A DNA stretch of 64,000 bases from positions 3,808,001-3,872,000 of the forward strand of contig OY781964.1 of assembly GCA_963677485.1 (NCBI GenBank), in the 5' to 3' direction. Each line of letters starts with the position of its first letter. Position 1 is the first letter of the stretch. Origin of the DNA: Armatimonadota bacterium. GTDB taxonomy: Bacteria > Armatimonadota > HRBIN16. The notes below the pieces were generated by a model, which was not told where the DNA came from, did no database searches, and was given only the letters and a program-made list of their open reading frames with translations. The position numbers and the translations under genes were made by a program. Shown here piece after piece: positions 59,426 through 64,000 of the stretch.

Positions 59426-60934
59426 ATGAGGTTGCCTTCCATGCCTGATAACGAAAACGATAATTTGATTGTGCAGGACCAGCCTGTATGTAGCCAGATA
59501 AGCGAACCAATGGGGTTAGGATATAACCCGGATCACGTGATAGGTGGTGTATGGCCGGAGAATGCCGTGGGCCCATATGGGATGCGTGCGCTGGTAGGCA
59601 TCTCCAGCGGGTTAGGCGGACGTGCAGTAGCACCTAAGGCGAGTGAGCTCTGCCTGGATGTGCTGCGGGAGCGCCTTCGTGTGGAGTGCGAGAACGCCAT
59701 CGGTAAGGTCATTGACCGCGGCAGCACGGAGGCCAACGCCGCCTCGCTGCAGGACATTCTAGTCGAGGCATTTGGCGAAGCGAACGGCCTGATGATCGAT
59801 CAAGCGGATGGCACGCCACTCGCCTGCAGTTGCACCAGTGCGATGGTCACCGGCGATGCGCTGATCTGGATACATGTGGGCAACTGCCGGCTGTATTACT
59901 ATCGACAGGGACGGATGCAACAGGTCACACGCGATGACTACCCAGTGATCGAACCTGGCAGCCAGCCTTATGACGCCGATCCTACCTCTAACCCTTCGGA
60001 ATTAACAAAAAGTCTTGGGGTTCAACCCGAGGTAGCTCCTTCAGTTGGTAGAGTGGTGCTGCGTCCTAAGGATGTCATCCTTGTCTGTTCTGACGGTCTG
60101 TGGACCACGGTGAATGACAACCAGATGCGTCATATTTTGATGAACTCCAGCTCCTGCGAAGCGGCAGCCTCTGCATTGCTTGACTGCGCGAAGGAGCGGA
60201 ACGCCCATGATGCCGTCAGTCTGGTGCTTTACTGCCACGGCCGCTGGCCACATGGTGAGCGGGGCATCCGCGACGCGAAAACGGAGAAGTCGGCCGTCGG
60301 CCCCAGTGAGACGGTGGTGATTCGCTCTCAGGTGTCCACCCCGCCGGCATCTGAGGTCTTCGCCGCAGCTTCGTCGGAAACACCGGAGAAGCCGTCCGCA
60401 CCGATAGCTAATACGCTGACTGGACTTCCTGAGCCCAACCGTTTTGCACCAATGCTTGAGTGGCTAAACTCACACAAGATGATAGTGATCATCGTGGCCA
60501 TTCTGCTGGCTCTAGCCACCGGTATGATCCGCAGTGGATGCAAGGCGAGGAAGCCAGAGCCGACCGTCGCCGCCAAGCCTGTGGTGGTAGTCGAGACGAT
60601 GCCTGCGAAGGGTCTGATTATGTTTGCAGCGAAACCGAGCTGGCGATTGACATACCAGCCTGAACCAGGATTGAGTGCCTGGAAGATCGTCAACAGCAAG
60701 CCGAGCTACCGGTTCCAGACCTCGCCGGCTGATCGCATCAACGCCTTGCTGGCGGGTAAACAGACGCTCGTTCTGACAGGCCCACTAGATGGCAAAGCCT
60801 CGACGCTGAACTTCACAGCCTCATCTGGAGCATTATCGGTCAACGCCCCTGGCCCAGGCCGGTATAAGTTGTTCTACAAGGCCAAGAGCAAGGACAAGGG
60901 GCTGCTCATCGGGCGATTTTCGATTGCAAGATAG
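59426..60934 (+). CDS. PP2C/PPM-family phosphatase-like membrane protein (degenerate active site)
   Basis: HVGNCRLY, QVTRDD, LTKSLG, CSDGLW; Pro/Ser/Thr linker, TM helix, C-terminal domain. Confidence 0.8.
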   Translation: MRLPSMPDNENDNLIVQDQPVCSQISEPMGLGYNPDHVIGGVWPENAVGPYGMRALVGISSGLGGRAVAPKASELCLDVLRERLRVECENAIGKVIDRGSTEANAASLQDILVEAFGEANGLMIDQADGTPLACSCTSAMVTGDALIWIHVGNCRLYYYRQGRMQQVTRDDYPVIEPGSQPYDADPTSNPSELTKSLGVQPEVAPSVGRVVLRPKDVILVCSDGLWTTVNDNQMRHILMNSSSCEAAASALLDCAKERNAHDAVSLVLYCHGRWPHGERGIRDAKTEKSAVGPSETVVIRSQVSTPPASEVFAAASSETPEKPSAPIANTLTGLPEPNRFAPMLEWLNSHKMIVIIVAILLALATGMIRSGCKARKPEPTVAAKPVVVVETMPAKGLIMFAAKPSWRLTYQPEPGLSAWKIVNSKPSYRFQTSPADRINALLAGKQTLVLTGPLDGKASTLNFTASSGALSVNAPGPGRYKLFYKAKSKDKGLLIGRFSIAR

Positions 60935-61012
60935 AGGGAAGCTCGAATGTATCATTAACAGGCACCATCACGATGGAGTAGTTGGTGCCACACATATGTG
61001 GGGTGATATGAA

Positions 61013-61609
61013 ATGCAGCCGAAAATTAAGTCGTGTTTGGTCATTATCGGTCTTTTCGTTCTCGCAGGGGTCATCTCCTTGCAGTTTTGGATGAACTACC
61101 AAATGCAGAATAACATTATCTCATACTTCGATAACAGCAAAAATAATAGTAAGATGCCTGCTATATCGATTTGGCAGGACACGGCACCAAACCCACAGTA
61201 CTACTGCACTGATATGCCAAGCCATAATGGACAAATCACACTGAGTGGTCGGTTGTTGAAGCTCGTGACCCGTGTGCCTGACGGCAAGACTGTGTTATAT
61301 TACAGCGACCGAATTCGTTGTGAAGGTGCTGCGTGGCGCAGTTATGGCGGCACGATACGCAGGTACCCGCATGAGCCAGCGCACTACCTGGTTCAACTGC
61401 TAGACGAAGACTACTACTACCTATACAAAATGGATATCTCGGCGAATGGCCAAGCCATTCTCAAGCGAAGACCAGCCTTCATGCCAATGATGGCTACCTT
61501 CTATTTCGCGCTATTTCTGGTTTCCACTCCCATTTTGTTTGCTTTCATGATGCTGCTTCGTGCCATTTGGCTCAAGGTGAAGGCACGGCGGTTGGCACAA
61601 CCGAGTTAA
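61013..61609 (+). CDS. two-TM hypothetical membrane protein
   Basis: GGGGTG RBS; N- and C-terminal TMs; paralog of next gene. Confidence 0.75.
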   Translation: MQPKIKSCLVIIGLFVLAGVISLQFWMNYQMQNNIISYFDNSKNNSKMPAISIWQDTAPNPQYYCTDMPSHNGQITLSGRLLKLVTRVPDGKTVLYYSDRIRCEGAAWRSYGGTIRRYPHEPAHYLVQLLDEDYYYLYKMDISANGQAILKRRPAFMPMMATFYFALFLVSTPILFAFMMLLRAIWLKVKARRLAQPS

Positions 61610-61724
61610 GTTGCTTCAATAGACGGGCGATTTTCAATCGCAAGATAGAGGGAAGCCTAACCATACCATACAGGCACCAGCACGATGAAGTAGCTGGTGC
61701 CATACATCAAAGGGGTGATATGAA

Positions 61725-62324
61725 ATGCAACCAAAAACCAAATCGTGTCTGCTCAAGATCGGAATCTTCGTTCTAGCGATGGTCATCTCCTGGCAGTTCT
61801 GGATAAATATCTTACTGCCAGCTTCGCTCCTGAGCCAGTTCGAAAGACGATCTACGTTCAAGAACAAACTACCCGATGTGGAGATATGGCAGACACTCGA
61901 CACAAACCCCCAATACGTGTGTGTAAAAAAGCCAGGGGTTGGTAGCAAAATGTCCATAGGGCCATTGACGTTAAGGCGTGTCGCCATCAAGCCGAACCAC
62001 AAGATAGTATTCATGAGTGATGAAACCATCAGTTGTGATGGCCAAAAATGGGCTAGTTTTGATGGGGAACTGGGTGTTTTTCCGCGCGACCGCGACCACT
62101 TATTATTACAGATAGTGTGGGATGACTACTACCGGTTTTATAAAATGGACATATCGCCCACAGGGCAATCAGTGCTGATGCGCGCGTCGTATTTTCTGCC
62201 AATGACCTATTTTATGTTTGTCAATTGCAGCTTGGTAACCACGCTCATATTGTATGCCGTTTTATTGAGGCTGCATTCATATTGGCTCAACGTGAAGGCA
62301 CGGCGGTTTGCTGCATCGGATTAA
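61725..62324 (+). CDS. two-TM hypothetical membrane protein, tandem paralog
   Basis: MQPK.KSCL, IWQ, NPQY.C, DYY..YKMDIS, WL.VKARR shared. Confidence 0.75.
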   Translation: MQPKTKSCLLKIGIFVLAMVISWQFWINILLPASLLSQFERRSTFKNKLPDVEIWQTLDTNPQYVCVKKPGVGSKMSIGPLTLRRVAIKPNHKIVFMSDETISCDGQKWASFDGELGVFPRDRDHLLLQIVWDDYYRFYKMDISPTGQSVLMRASYFLPMTYFMFVNCSLVTTLILYAVLLRLHSYWLNVKARRFAASD

Positions 62325-62342
62325 GCCGCTTCATAGGACAGA

Positions 62343-62396
62343 TTGGACGGATCGGACCGATGTAATCGATCGGTCGGATTCGTCCGATCCGTCCAA
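62343..62396. repeat. 15-bp perfect inverted repeat
   Basis: TTGGACGGATCGGAC ... GTCCGATCCGTCCAA. Confidence 0.7.
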
Positions 62397-62463
62397 CTAT
62401 GTATTTATACGCTGCTCAGGTAGCTAAACTTGGCGGAGTTATCCGAATATTCCGGAAATTTTG

Positions 62464-62492
62464 TGGACGCCATACATTATTGATCGTATAAT
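62464..62492 (+). promoter_or_regulatory. promoter of valS
   Basis: TGGACG-17 nt-TATAAT. Confidence 0.55.
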
Positions 62493-62538
62493 GAAAAAAG
62501 AGTTTACCGAGATTTAGTAATACCTGGAGATTTTCACC

Positions 62539-64000
62539 ATGTGCGACTCACCTAACATACCCAAAGTGTACGATCCCTCCGCCAGCGAGGCGAAGTGGTA
62601 TAAATACTGGAACGAAAGCGGTTGTTTCAAACCTCGACCCGCCCGCAACGGCAAAGGCAACTACTGCATCACCATCCCGCCGCCCAATGTCACCGGCTCA
62701 CTGCATATCGGCCATGCGCTGTGCTACACCATCCACGACGTGCTGCTGCGTTGGAAGCGGATGCAGGGCTACGAGGTGCTTTGCGTGCCGGGTACCGACC
62801 ATGCGGGCATCGCCACCCAGAACGTGGTGGAGAAGCAGCTCCGTGCGAAGGGCATCAGCCGCCACGACCTGGGCCGTGAGGCCTTCCAGGAAGAGATTTG
62901 GAAGTGGGTCGATGAGTCGGGCGGCACCATTTTGAACCAGTTCCGCCGGATGGGCTGCTCGTATGAGTGGGATCGCACCCGATTCACCATGGATGAAGGC
63001 TACGTGAAGGCGATCCAGCAGTGCTTCATCGACTGGTGGGAGAAGGGGCATATCTACCGCGGTAAGCGCATCACCAACTGGTGCCCTCGGTGCCTGACCG
63101 CCATCAGCGATATCGAAGTGGAGCATGTGGACGCCAAGGGCAAGCTGTATCACCTGCGGTATCCCTACGCTGACGGCAGCGGTAACGTGGTGGTGGCCAC
63201 CACCCGCCCCGAGACGATGCTGGGTGACACCGCCGTGGCGGCCAACCCGGAAGACGCGCGTTATCAGAGCCTGTTCGGTACGATGGTGAATCTGCCATTG
63301 ACTGGCCGGCAGATACCCATCATCGCGGATGAACACGCCCGGGCGGAGTTCGGCACCGGTGCGGTGAAGATCACCCCGGCTCATGACCCCAACGACTTTG
63401 AGGTGGGTCTACGACACCATCTGCAGCAGATTGTGGTGATCGACCAGCACGGCAATATGTCTCCGGAGGCAGGCGAGGCCTACGCTGGCTTGAGCCGTGA
63501 AGAGGCGCGCAAGAAAATTCTGGTGGACCTGGAAGAGCTTGGTCTGCTTGACCACGAAGAGGACTACACCGTGCCGCAGGGCACCTGCGCACGCTGCCAC
63601 ACCGTGATTGAGCCCAGTATCACCGAGCAATGGTATGTGCGCATGAAGGAGCTGGCCCAGCCCGCCATCGATGTGGTGAAGGAAGGCAAGGTTCGGTTCA
63701 TCCCCGACCGCTTCAACCGGCTCTACCTGGAGTGGATGGAGAACATCCGCGACTGGTGCGTCAGCCGTCAGCTATGGTGGGGTCACCGCATTCCGGTCTG
63801 GTATACGGAGGATGGCGAGGCCTTTGCCGCCATCACCGAAGAGGAAGCACTCGTGAAGTCGGGCGGCCGCGCTGTGACCCAAGACAACGACGTGCTAGAT
63901 ACCTGGTTCTCATCTGGACTGTGGCCGCAGGCTGTTCTCGGCTGGCCTGAACCCACGGAGGATTTGAGGAAGTTCTATCCGACCTCAGTGCTCATCACCG
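62539..64000 (+). CDS. valS: valine--tRNA ligase (partial, runs off window; absent from ORF track)
   Basis: manual translation MCDSPNIPKVYDP..PPPNVTGSLHIGHAL..GTDHAGIATQ..ATTRPETMLGD..DWCVSRQLWWGHRIP..DVLDTWFSSGLWP. Confidence 0.97.
   Translation, partial: MCDSPNIPKVYDPSASEAKWYKYWNESGCFKPRPARNGKGNYCITIPPPNVTGSLHIGHALCYTIHDVLLRWKRMQGYEVLCVPGTDHAGIATQNVVEKQLRAKGISRHDLGREAFQEEIWKWVDESGGTILNQFRRMGCSYEWDRTRFTMDEGYVKAIQQCFIDWWEKGHIYRGKRITNWCPRCLTAISDIEVEHVDAKGKLYHLRYPYADGSGNVVVATTRPETMLGDTAVAANPEDARYQSLFGTMVNLPLTGRQIPIIADEHARAEFGTGAVKITPAHDPNDFEVGLRHHLQQIVVIDQHGNMSPEAGEAYAGLSREEARKKILVDLEELGLLDHEEDYTVPQGTCARCHTVIEPSITEQWYVRMKELAQPAIDVVKEGKVRFIPDRFNRLYLEWMENIRDWCVSRQLWWGHRIPVWYTEDGEAFAAITEEEALVKSGGRAVTQDNDVLDTWFSSGLWPQAVLGWPEPTEDLRKFYPTSVLIT

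Noticed and set aside
60911-62400. Integron cassette array
   Set aside because: No RYYYAAC...GTTRRRY attC boundaries or integrase; better explained as a tandem duplication
62400-62538. T-box leader upstream of valS
   Set aside because: Promoter lies ~45 nt from the start codon; no T-box motif or terminator
62698-63950. ORF-track ORFs in the last 1.4 kb
   Set aside because: Shadow frames of valS, which lacks a stop inside the window

Overview
Bacterial chromosomal window, probably Armatimonadota (inferred from the repeated C-terminal X-module/dockerin-like tail and the gene content). About 1-21.7 kb is housekeeping: purA, metY, rplS-lepB-rnhB-yraN, rpmE, acnA, recG-coaD-ackA-yceD-rpmF-plsX-fabD-fabG-acpP-fabF. 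About 21.8-59 kb is mostly carbohydrate-utilisation and cell-surface genes: GH16-, GH33-, GH35-, GH42- and GH43-like proteins, a ThuA/Gfo-Idh-MocA/IolE-like cluster and four secreted proteins sharing a dockerin-like tail. thrB and gatB sit within it, and the window ends in a partial valS. Intergenic spaces hold several families of REP-like palindromes, a MITE-like element inserted into a REP hairpin with a 10-bp target duplication, and two decayed toxin/defence-type gene remnants. No rRNA, tRNA, CRISPR array, transposase or integrase was seen. All family assignments come from motif recognition by eye, not database searches.
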